From: an uncultured Clostridia bacterium
Lineage (GTDB): Bacteria > Bacillota > Clostridia > Oscillospirales > Oscillospiraceae
Assembly (NCBI GenBank): GCA_945873695.1
Contig: CAMCDX010000002.1
Location: forward strand, 7,790-71,789
Length of the DNA: 64,000 nt
Direction of reading: 5' to 3'
Shown: in pieces, positions 51,968 to 60,478 of the stretch
Numbering within the stretch: the first letter of the stretch is position 1
How the letters are laid out: every line of letters begins with the position of its first letter
Made by a program: the position numbers and the translations under genes
The notes under the pieces: generated by a model
What the model was told of the DNA's origin: nothing
The model's database searches: none
The model's input: the letters and a program-made list of their open reading frames with translations, nothing else

Positions 51968-52089
51968 TCCTGTGAAAGAGGGGGGACGCCAGTCCCCCCT
52001 TTTTAATAGAGCCGACCGGGTGAAACGACCCGGCGCGGCATTGGCAACGGCCTTCCCCAAAGGAGGAAGGCAGGAAAGGAGTTTGTTTT

Positions 52090-53937
52090 ATGAAGATCTT
52101 GTACGCAACCAGTGAGGCGGTCCCTTTTTGTAAGACCGGCGGCCTGGCGGACGTGGCCGGCTCTCTGCCCCCGGCTCTGGCCCGGGAGGGCGCCGAGGTG
52201 GCGGTGATCCTGCCCCTGTATCAGCGGGTGCGGGAGAAGTTCGGCGGCCAGCTGAAATTTGAGTGCTACGACTACGTGGACCTGGCTTGGCGCCACAGTT
52301 ACTGCGGCCTGTTCTCCCTGGAGCAGGACGGTGTCACCTGGTACTTCCTGGACAATGAGCAGTATTTCAACCGTCCCGACCTGTATGGCTACATGGACGA
52401 CGGCGAGCGGTTCGGCTTCTTCTCCCGGGCCATCGTGCGGATGCTGCCCCACCTGAAGTTCTGGCCGGAGGTCATCCACTGCAACGACTGGCAGACCGCC
52501 CTGGTGCCCATCTACCTGAAGGATGACGGCGTCCGGGAGGACCGCTATCGGGGCATCAAGACCACCCTGACCATCCACAACGTGGAGTACCAGGGCCACT
52601 ACGGCAAGGACACCCTGGGTGACCTGTTCGGCCTGGACCACGGCTGGGCCGAGGACGGCACCATTATGATGGACGGCGATGTGAACCTCCTCAAGGGCGC
52701 CATTCTGTGCGCCGACGCGGTGAACGCCGTGTCTCCCACCTACGCCAGCGAGCTGAAGCTGGCCTACTTCGCCCACCGGCTGGAGGGCATCCTGAGCAAG
52801 TGCGGCTACAAGCTCTCCGGCGTCCTCAACGGCATCGACATGGACCGCTACAACCCCGCCACCGACAGCCACATCGCCACCAACTTCTCCCTGGAGGACC
52901 TGTCCGGCAAGAACGCTGACAAGGCGGCGCTGCAGCGGATGATGGGCCTGCGGGAGGAGCCCTGTGTGCCCATTGTGGGCATTGTCAGCCGTCTTGTTTC
53001 CCACAAGGGTTTGGACTTGATTTGTGAGGTTCTTCATGATATGATGGAGCTCCCGTTGCAGCTGGTAGTGCTTGGCAAGGGTGATCGGAAGTACGAGGAG
53101 TTCTTCCACTGGGCCTCTCAGCAGTACCCCGGCCGGATGGCGGTGCGCCTGGATTACAACGAGGACCTGTCCATGGCCATCTATGCCGGCGCGGACCTGT
53201 TCCTGATGCCCTCCAAGAGCGAACCCTGCGGCCTGAGCCAGATGATCGCCATGCGCTACGGCACGGTGCCCATCGTCCGGGAGACCGGCGGCCTGAAGGA
53301 CACCGTCCAGCCCTACGAGGCCTGGCGTGACGCCGGCAACGGCTTTACCTTCTCCAACTACGCCAGCGGCGACATGCTGTATGTCATCCGGGAGGCCGTG
53401 TACCTGTACAAGGATTATCCCGATGCCTTCAGCCGCCTGCGGAAGCGGGCCATGAGCTGCGACTTCAGCTGGGCCCGCAGCGCCAAGGAGTACCTGCGCA
53501 TCTACGCCAATATCACCGGCCAGACCTGGCCCGTGCCCGCGGCGGAGCCCGCTCCCGTTTTAGAAGAGGCTCCCGCTCCGGCTGAGGAGCCCGCCCCCGC
53601 CGTGGAGGAGGTCTCCGTTCCCACGGAGGAAGCCGCTCCCATCGTGGAGGAGGTCCCCGTTCCCGCGGAGGAAGCCGCTCCCATCGTGGAGGAGGCTGCC
53701 GCGCCCACCGAGGAGCCCGCACCTGCCGCGGAGGCTCCCGTTCCCGCTGTGGAGGAGCCGGTGAAGAAGACGCCCCGGAAGACCGCCGCCAAGAAGCCCG
53801 CGGCCAAAAAGACCGCCGCCGCTCCGAAGAAAAAAACCGCGGCTAAAAAGACTGCCGCTAAAAAAGAATCTGTAAAGAAAGAGACCACAAAGAAAGGGCC
53901 CGCCGCAAAGACTCCCAAGGAGGATTCGGCGGAGTAA
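52090..53937 (+). CDS. glgA: Glycogen synthase with long low-complexity C-terminal tail
   Basis: KTGGLADV, HCNDWQT, EPCGLSQ, TGGL.DTV. Confidence 0.94.
   Translation: MKILYATSEAVPFCKTGGLADVAGSLPPALAREGAEVAVILPLYQRVREKFGGQLKFECYDYVDLAWRHSYCGLFSLEQDGVTWYFLDNEQYFNRPDLYGYMDDGERFGFFSRAIVRMLPHLKFWPEVIHCNDWQTALVPIYLKDDGVREDRYRGIKTTLTIHNVEYQGHYGKDTLGDLFGLDHGWAEDGTIMMDGDVNLLKGAILCADAVNAVSPTYASELKLAYFAHRLEGILSKCGYKLSGVLNGIDMDRYNPATDSHIATNFSLEDLSGKNADKAALQRMMGLREEPCVPIVGIVSRLVSHKGLDLICEVLHDMMELPLQLVVLGKGDRKYEEFFHWASQQYPGRMAVRLDYNEDLSMAIYAGADLFLMPSKSEPCGLSQMIAMRYGTVPIVRETGGLKDTVQPYEAWRDAGNGFTFSNYASGDMLYVIREAVYLYKDYPDAFSRLRKRAMSCDFSWARSAKEYLRIYANITGQTWPVPAAEPAPVLEEAPAPAEEPAPAVEEVSVPTEEAAPIVEEVPVPAEEAAPIVEEAAAPTEEPAPAAEAPVPAVEEPVKKTPRKTAAKKPAAKKTAAAPKKKTAAKKTAAKKESVKKETTKKGPAAKTPKEDSAE
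53601..53695 (+). repeat. 42-bp tandem repeat (about 2.3 units) in the glgA tail
   Basis: CGTGGAGGAGG recurs at 53601, 53643, 53685 (VEEVxVPxEEAAPI). Confidence 0.8.
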
Positions 53938-53946
53938 GGAAAGCAC

Positions 53947-56373
53947 ATGACACCATTTACCACGAAAACACTGGAAGAAGCATTGACCGCCAAGCTCATG
54001 CTGAACTTCGGCAAGACGCCGGAGGAGGCCACCGACCAGGAGATGATGAAGGCCTGCGCCCTGGTGCTCCGGGACGTAATGGCCATCCGGGGCGTGGAGA
54101 CCAACAAGCAGACCCGCCGGGAGCAGAAGAAGCAGGTCCACTACCTGTCTCTGGAGTTCCTGATGGGCCGCAGCCTGATGAAGAACGCCTATAACCTCCA
54201 GGTCCTGCCCCAGCTGCGGGAGGCCCTGGAGCACATGGGCTTCAAGGCTGCCGACATCTTTGAGATCGAGCCCGACGCGGGCCTGGGCAACGGCGGCCTG
54301 GGCCGCCTGGCCGCCTGCTATCTGGACTCCATGACCACCCTGGAGATCCCCGCCACTGGCTACTCCATCTGCTATGAGCTGGGCATCTTCAAGCAGAAGA
54401 TCGTGGAGGGCCAGCAGGTGGAGCTGCCCGACGACTGGAAGGGCCTGGGCTCCGCCTGGCTGCTGCCCAAGCCCGAGGAGGCCCAGGAGGTCCACTTCGG
54501 CGGCACCCTCCGGGAATTCTGGGCCGACGGCCATCTCCACACCGTCAACGAGAACGCCACCACGGTGCTGGCTGTCCCCTGCGACATGGTGGTGGCCGGC
54601 TACGACACCAACCATGTCAACACCCTGCGGTTGTGGGACGCCCGCTCCACCAAGCCGGTGGATATGTCCCTGTTCTCCCGGGGCGAGTATCTGAAGGCCG
54701 CCGAGGAGGAGGCCATGGCGGAGACCATCGCCAAGATCCTGTACCCCGAGGACAACCACTACGAGGGCAAGTCCCTGCGCCTCAAGCAGCAGTATTTCTT
54801 TGTGTCCGCCACGGTCCAGTCCATCGCCACCAAGCACTTGGCCACCTACGGCACCCTGAAGAACTTCCACGAGAAGAACGTCATCCAGATCAACGACACT
54901 CATCCCGCACTGGTGGTGCCGGAGCTGATGCGCATCTTCATTGATGAGGCCGGCATGAACTGGGACGAGGCCTGGGAAATCACCACCAAGTCCGTGGCCT
55001 ACACCAACCACACCGTCCTGGCCGAGGCCCTGGAGCGCTGGCCCCAGAGCCTGATGCAGACGCTGCTGCCCCGCATCTGGCAGATCATCCAGGAGATCTC
55101 CGCCCGCTGGCAGAAGAAGGTGGAGGATTTCTACCACGACGCCAGCAAGACCCAGAAGATGGCCATCATCTGGGGCGGCGAGGTCCGTATGGCCAACCTG
55201 TGCATCGCCGGCGGCATGGCCGTCAACGGCGTCAGCGGCCTTCACTCCGAGATCCTGAAAAAAGACGTGTTTAAGGACGCCTGCGGCATGGAGCCCTGGA
55301 AGTTCCAGAATGTCACCAACGGCATCGACCACCGCCGCTGGCTGGGCGAGATCAACCCCGGCCTGGACGGCCTGATTCGGGACCTGTGCGGCGGGGACGA
55401 TTATCTGATGCACCCTTTGGCCCTGCGGAAGCTGGATGACTACGCCGACGACAAGGCGGTGCTGGAGCGCCTGGCGGAGATCAAGCACCAGAACAAGGTG
55501 GCTTTCGCCGCCCATGCCAAGCGCAGCCGGGGCGTCATTCTGAACCCCGACGCCATCTTCGATGTGCAGGTAAAGCGGCTCCACGAGTACAAGCGGCAGC
55601 TGCTGAATGTGCTGCACATCATCACGTTGTATCAGAAGCTCCAGGACGACCCCAACGCCATCACCCAGCCCCACACCTTCCTGTTTGGCGCCAAGGCGGC
55701 GCCGGGCTATGCGGTGGCCAAACGGATCATCCGGCTCATCAACTCCCTGGCGGACCAGATCGACCACGACCCCGCTTGCCGTGACAAGCTGCAGGTGGTG
55801 TTCCTGGAGAACTACCGGGTCTCCCTGGCGGAGCAGCTGATGCCCGCCAGCGAGGTCAGCCAGCAGATCTCCACCGCCGGCAAGGAAGCCAGCGGCACCG
55901 GCAACATGAAGTTCATGATGAACGGCGCTCTGACTGTCGGCACCCTGGACGGCGCCAACGTGGAGATGCACGACGTGCTGGGCGACGAGAACATGTTCCT
56001 CTTCGGACTTCACGCCGACGAGGTGGAACAGCTGAAGCGGGAGGGCTACGTGCCCCAGCGGCTGTACCAGCACGATTCCACCCTGCGCCGCTGCCTGGAC
56101 GCTTTGCGCACTGGCTTCCGGGACGGCGTCAGCTACGACGACCTGTACCAGCGGCTGCTGTTCGGCGCCGGGGGCAGCCCCGCCGACGAGTATCTGCTGC
56201 TGGCGGATTATCAGGCCTACTGCCAGGCGGAGAAGCGGATGGCCCAGACCTACGCCGATCCCATGCAGTGGAACCGTATGAGTCTCCACAACATCGCCCG
56301 CAGCGGTATCTTTGCTGCCGACCGGGCTGTGGCGGAGTACGCCGACAACATCTGGCACGTGCCTCACAAGTAA
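53947..56373 (+). CDS. glgP: Glycogen phosphorylase
   Basis: LGNGGLGRLAAC, NDTHP, KRLHEYKRQ, EASGTGNMKF. Confidence 0.96.
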   Translation: MTPFTTKTLEEALTAKLMLNFGKTPEEATDQEMMKACALVLRDVMAIRGVETNKQTRREQKKQVHYLSLEFLMGRSLMKNAYNLQVLPQLREALEHMGFKAADIFEIEPDAGLGNGGLGRLAACYLDSMTTLEIPATGYSICYELGIFKQKIVEGQQVELPDDWKGLGSAWLLPKPEEAQEVHFGGTLREFWADGHLHTVNENATTVLAVPCDMVVAGYDTNHVNTLRLWDARSTKPVDMSLFSRGEYLKAAEEEAMAETIAKILYPEDNHYEGKSLRLKQQYFFVSATVQSIATKHLATYGTLKNFHEKNVIQINDTHPALVVPELMRIFIDEAGMNWDEAWEITTKSVAYTNHTVLAEALERWPQSLMQTLLPRIWQIIQEISARWQKKVEDFYHDASKTQKMAIIWGGEVRMANLCIAGGMAVNGVSGLHSEILKKDVFKDACGMEPWKFQNVTNGIDHRRWLGEINPGLDGLIRDLCGGDDYLMHPLALRKLDDYADDKAVLERLAEIKHQNKVAFAAHAKRSRGVILNPDAIFDVQVKRLHEYKRQLLNVLHIITLYQKLQDDPNAITQPHTFLFGAKAAPGYAVAKRIIRLINSLADQIDHDPACRDKLQVVFLENYRVSLAEQLMPASEVSQQISTAGKEASGTGNMKFMMNGALTVGTLDGANVEMHDVLGDENMFLFGLHADEVEQLKREGYVPQRLYQHDSTLRRCLDALRTGFRDGVSYDDLYQRLLFGAGGSPADEYLLLADYQAYCQAEKRMAQTYADPMQWNRMSLHNIARSGIFAADRAVAEYADNIWHVPHK

Positions 56374-56379
56374 ATTATG

Positions 56380-56452
56380 AAAAAAGTCCAGGCCGCCGGC
56401 CTGGACTTTTTCTATACAAAAAAGCACGGACAGGCTGCTTGCCTGCCCGTGC
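56380..56452. terminator. Two adjacent terminators (glgP and convergent XRE gene)
   Basis: AAAAAGTCCAGGCC/GGCCTGGACTTTTT and AAAAAAGCACGG.CAGGC/GCCTG.CCGTGC. Confidence 0.7.
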
Positions 56453-56453
56453 G

Positions 56454-56669
56454 CTAACGTTCTTTGGTAAGACCCAACAGATAATCTGTGCTGACGCCAT
56501 AGTACTTGCTCAATGTGATCAAATGGTGGATGGGCAGTTCATTGGCGCCCCGCTCGTACCGTGCGTACATCGTTTGAGAGGTCCCCAGGACCTCAGCGAT
56601 CTGGGTCTGGGTCTTGTCAGCGTCCTCCCGAAGATCGCGCAAGATGCGCACGTATTCCATCTCGTTCAC
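56454..56669 (-). CDS. XRE-family HTH regulator
   Basis: LRDLREDADKTQ..IA....SQ..YARYERG...VSTDYLLG. Confidence 0.85.
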   Translation of the reverse strand: MNEMEYVRILRDLREDADKTQTQIAEVLGTSQTMYARYERGANELPIHHLITLSKYYGVSTDYLLGLTKER

Positions 56670-57002
56670 TTATCATCCCCCGCAATCAGACTATTTGACG
56701 ATCAGTACGTTAATTGCAACAATAATTTAGCATAAAAATGCGAGCCCGTGGGAACACAATAAACAATTTTACTACAATTTCGTGACAAAAATGATGGAAA
56801 AATGTAAAATATTGAATGTTTTCTCATAAATTTACTAAACATCCGGCTTTCCCGTGAAAGAATAGAGCTGAAACGGCCTGGGGAAGACGGGGAAAAGGAA
56901 TGCTTTACAATAGCCGCTTTTATGCGTATAATATCACTAATATGGAGTTTTACGCACATTTTTTGCTGTGTGGATGAAGAATGAGAAAAAGAGGAATGAA
57001 CT

Positions 57003-58160
57003 ATGGAATATACGGAAGGTGTCCGGTTCGACAGCCTGAACCTGTCTCCGGAGATCATGCGCGCCATTGAAAAGAGAGACATTGAGGTCTCAACGCCGGT
57101 CCAGGCCGGCTGCATCCCCCCCATGATGGAATGGCGGGACGTCATCGCCAAGGCCCCTACCGGCACCGGCAAGACCTTTGCCTACGGCATTCCCATCGTG
57201 GAGCATGTGGACCCGGAGGACGAGACCGTCCAGGCGGTGATCCTGGCTCCCACCCGGGAGCTGGCCATCCAGATCACCGATGAGATCCGCCTGCTGTCCA
57301 CCTTCAAGCCCGGGGTCCGCTCCGTCTGCCTGTATGGCGGCCAGCCCATTGGGAAACAGATCGACAGCCTGAAGAAAAAGCCCCAGATCGTGGTGGCCAC
57401 GCCCGGCCGCCTCAGCGACCACATGAAGCGCCGCACCGTCCGGGTGGACACCGCCCAGACCGTGGTGCTGGACGAGGCGGATCGGATGCTGGACATGGGC
57501 TTTATCCACGACGTCACCCGCCTGCTGGACAAGATGAACAAGCGGAAGAACCTGGGCCTTTTCTCCGCCACCATTTCCCGGGAGGTCATGGACATCGCAT
57601 GGGTCTACCAGCGGGACGCCGAGGAGGTCACCGTCCGGGAGGACGAGCAGAACAAGCCGGACATCAAGCAGTTCCGGATGGACGTCAGCTACAACGGAAA
57701 GGCCGACGCTATTGCCCAGATCCTGGAGGAGACGGGCTTTGACCGCTGCATGTGCTTCTGCAACACCAAGGGCACCACGGAGCGGATCACCAAGTTCCTC
57801 CAGATGCGTGGCATCGACGCCGAGTGCATCCACGGCGACATCCCCCAGCGGAAGCGGGAACAGGTGATGGATAAGTTCCGCCAGGGGAAGCTGCGGGTCT
57901 TCGTCTCCACCGACGTGGCCGCCCGGGGCATCGATGTGGACGACGTGGACATCGTGTTCAACTGCGACGTGCCTGACGAGAACCAGGACTACGTCCACCG
58001 CATCGGCCGCACCGGCCGGGCCAGGCGCCAGGGTGTGGCGGTGAGCCTCATTGCCGACTATCCCTCCAAAATGCGGATCGACGACATCGCCAAGAACACT
58101 CGGAACGAGATCGTCCCGGTGAAGTTCGACGAAAACGGAAAACTGGCCATCGCGGAATGA
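57003..58160 (+). CDS. DEAD-box RNA helicase
   Basis: PTGTGKT, PTRELA, TPGR, DEAD, SAT, HRIGRTGR. Confidence 0.95.
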   Translation: MEYTEGVRFDSLNLSPEIMRAIEKRDIEVSTPVQAGCIPPMMEWRDVIAKAPTGTGKTFAYGIPIVEHVDPEDETVQAVILAPTRELAIQITDEIRLLSTFKPGVRSVCLYGGQPIGKQIDSLKKKPQIVVATPGRLSDHMKRRTVRVDTAQTVVLDEADRMLDMGFIHDVTRLLDKMNKRKNLGLFSATISREVMDIAWVYQRDAEEVTVREDEQNKPDIKQFRMDVSYNGKADAIAQILEETGFDRCMCFCNTKGTTERITKFLQMRGIDAECIHGDIPQRKREQVMDKFRQGKLRVFVSTDVAARGIDVDDVDIVFNCDVPDENQDYVHRIGRTGRARRQGVAVSLIADYPSKMRIDDIAKNTRNEIVPVKFDENGKLAIAE

Positions 58161-58360
58161 AATCCGCCCCCCGCCGGACCTCCGGCGGGGGGACTTTTTT
58201 CCAACGAAACCGATAAAGGGAGCTCTCTGTAATTTGTAATAATTTGTTACTTTTTTCCCGGATGCCTTTACAAGCACCGGGAAATTCTTTATAATGACCC
58301 TGTTATGAAGAATTTTGTCGAGCGCCTGTCCGGGCGCCCGTTCCCAAGAGGGGAGAGTTT

Positions 58361-60055
58361 ATGAAAAACTGGAAGCGCCTTTGCGGCCTGCTGTCGGCGG
58401 CCGCGCTGTGCCTGGGCCTGCTGGCCGGCTGCGCCGAAGACAGCGCCGCCTTGTCCCTGACGGTGTGCGCCGGAGACGCGCCGAAGAATCTGGACCCCAT
58501 CTACGCCGTGTCATCGTCGGACCAGACCGTCCTGGAGCACCTGTATGAGAATCTGATGCGGGTGACGACGGATGTCTCCGGCGAGATCACCGTCACCAAC
58601 GGCGTGGCCAAAAGCGTGGACCAGGAGGAAAACCACGACGGTACTGTGACTTACACCTTCAAGTTCCGGGGGGCTAAGTGGTCGGACGGCCGGGCTGTGA
58701 AGGCCGGCGACTTTGTGTATGCCTGGCAGCGGCTGGCGGACCCGGCCAACGGTTCGCCCTACGCCTCCATTTTGTCCATGGTGTCGGGCTACGAGACCGT
58801 CCGCGCCACCGGCGACGTGACGGCCCTTCAGGTCACCGCCAAAAACGACACCACCCTGGAGGTGGTGCTGAACGGCCACTATGACTGGTTTTTGACCCAG
58901 GTCTGCACCTCCCCGGCCACCATGCCGGTACGCCGGGACGTCATCGAAACATGGGAGGCCGCCAACGCCCCGGCAGAGCAGGAGGCGGACCAGAGGGAAG
59001 AAGAGGTCCGGGAGACCGAGCCTCCGACTCCCTGGTGGTCCGATCTGGAAAAGCTGGTGGTCAACGGCCCCTATCAGGTGACCTCCGCCACGGCGGAGTC
59101 ACTCACTGTCACCGCCCGGGAGAGCTATACCGGCGGCCGGGTAGGTCCCACCGAGCTGACCTTCCGCTATGCCGGGACCGACGAGGAGGCCTGGGCGTTG
59201 TATGAGGAGAAAGCCGTGGACTTCGTGGGCTCTCTGCCGGATGAGCAGGTCGCTCTGGCGGCGGAGGACGAGACCTGGGCTCCCGGAACGGAGCTCGGGA
59301 CCTACACGGTCCTCTTCAACTGCGCCGCCGGTCAGTTCGCCGATCCCCTGGTCCGTCAGTCCTTGGGACTGGCGGTGGACCGAAACGCTCTGGCTGGGGC
59401 GGCTGGCGTGACCGCCCGCCCGGCGGAGGGCCTGGTCCCTCCCGGCACGCCGGACGGGGAAGAGGATTTCCGGGATGACGGCGCTCTGCTGGACAACGAC
59501 CCGGAGCAGTACGACATTCGCTGCGGTCAGGCCAGGGACCTGCTGGACCAGGCGGGCTATGAGAGCGGCGCTGACCTGGGGCCGCTGGAATATATCTACG
59601 TGGATAAGGACAGCGCCGCTGCTGTGGCCCAGGCTCTGGCGTACCAGTGGCGGCGGGTGCTGGGTGTGGAGCTGTCCCTTCGGGCCGTGACGCCCGTGGA
59701 ACTGCGGGATGCCCTCCAAAGCGGTACCTTCACCCTGGCGGCGATGGATCTGGCCGGCGTGGCTGCCGACGCGGAGTGCTTCCTCTCCCTGTGGGAGAGC
59801 GGCAGCCCCGAAAACATCATCCACTACGAAAACAGCGCCTACGACACTCTGATCTCCATCATCGCCGGAGCTGACGACGGCACTGCCCGCATGGGCTGTC
59901 TCCACGACGCCGAGGAACTTCTCCTGGCGGACATGCCCCTGATCCCCCTGTACACCCGGATCACCGCCTGGAAGCTGCGGGACACCTATACCGGTGTCTG
60001 CCGGGACCCCCGCGGCTGGTTCAGCTTCCTGAATGTCTCCCTCTGGACCGCCTGA
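58361..60055 (+). CDS. Peptide ABC transporter substrate-binding lipoprotein (OppA-like)
   Basis: Lipobox LAGC; LDP, KWSDG..V.A.DFVY.WQR, NGPY. Confidence 0.85.
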   Translation: MKNWKRLCGLLSAAALCLGLLAGCAEDSAALSLTVCAGDAPKNLDPIYAVSSSDQTVLEHLYENLMRVTTDVSGEITVTNGVAKSVDQEENHDGTVTYTFKFRGAKWSDGRAVKAGDFVYAWQRLADPANGSPYASILSMVSGYETVRATGDVTALQVTAKNDTTLEVVLNGHYDWFLTQVCTSPATMPVRRDVIETWEAANAPAEQEADQREEEVRETEPPTPWWSDLEKLVVNGPYQVTSATAESLTVTARESYTGGRVGPTELTFRYAGTDEEAWALYEEKAVDFVGSLPDEQVALAAEDETWAPGTELGTYTVLFNCAAGQFADPLVRQSLGLAVDRNALAGAAGVTARPAEGLVPPGTPDGEEDFRDDGALLDNDPEQYDIRCGQARDLLDQAGYESGADLGPLEYIYVDKDSAAAVAQALAYQWRRVLGVELSLRAVTPVELRDALQSGTFTLAAMDLAGVAADAECFLSLWESGSPENIIHYENSAYDTLISIIAGADDGTARMGCLHDAEELLLADMPLIPLYTRITAWKLRDTYTGVCRDPRGWFSFLNVSLWTA

Positions 60056-60062
60056 TTTCCTG

Positions 60063-60099
60063 AAAAGACCGTCTCCCCACCGGGGAGACGGTCTTTTTT
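60063..60099 (+). terminator. Intrinsic terminator
   Basis: AAAAGACCGTCTCCCC/GGGGAGACGGTCTTTTTT. Confidence 0.8.
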
Positions 60100-60187
60100 C
60101 TTTATTACAACTATATATTAAATAATTGTTTACTGCCTGAAAAAATAACTGTTTTAATCGACACTGCCGGAACATGCCTTTATTGAT

Positions 60188-60249
60188 TGTTACGACTATG
60201 TTACAAATCATCACGGAATATTGCAATCGGATTTTTGATTTGCTAAAAT
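60188..60249 (+). promoter_or_regulatory. S-layer gene promoter with upstream TGTTAC-N5-TGTTAC direct repeat
   Basis: Repeat at 60188-60204; TTGCAA-17-TAAAAT with TG extension at 60221-60249. Confidence 0.6.
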
Positions 60250-60478
60250 GCATCATGAACAAAAGAGGAGATTTCCCAGGCAGCCCGGCATAGATACGGA
60301 CCGGCTAGCCACGGTATGTGTGCCGTGTGGATGGGGATGGCCTCGGATGTTCAAACTCAAATGCCGGGAAGACCCAAAAGCCAAACCCGTGAAGGACGCG
60401 CCCCCGCCTGGGGACGCTCTGATTCATTGGGGGGCGGCTGACGGGGCCGAACGGTAAATTTAAAAGGAGGAAACCCAA

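Noticed and set aside
58228-58250. WalR-like box upstream of oppA
   Set aside because: Hexamer spacing is 4 nt (and 1 nt), not 5
60376-60420. c-di-GMP-I riboswitch in the S-layer leader
   Set aside because: Partial CAAACC..GGACGC likeness, but lacks the GAAA tetraloop stem and GCAAAG/P3 elements
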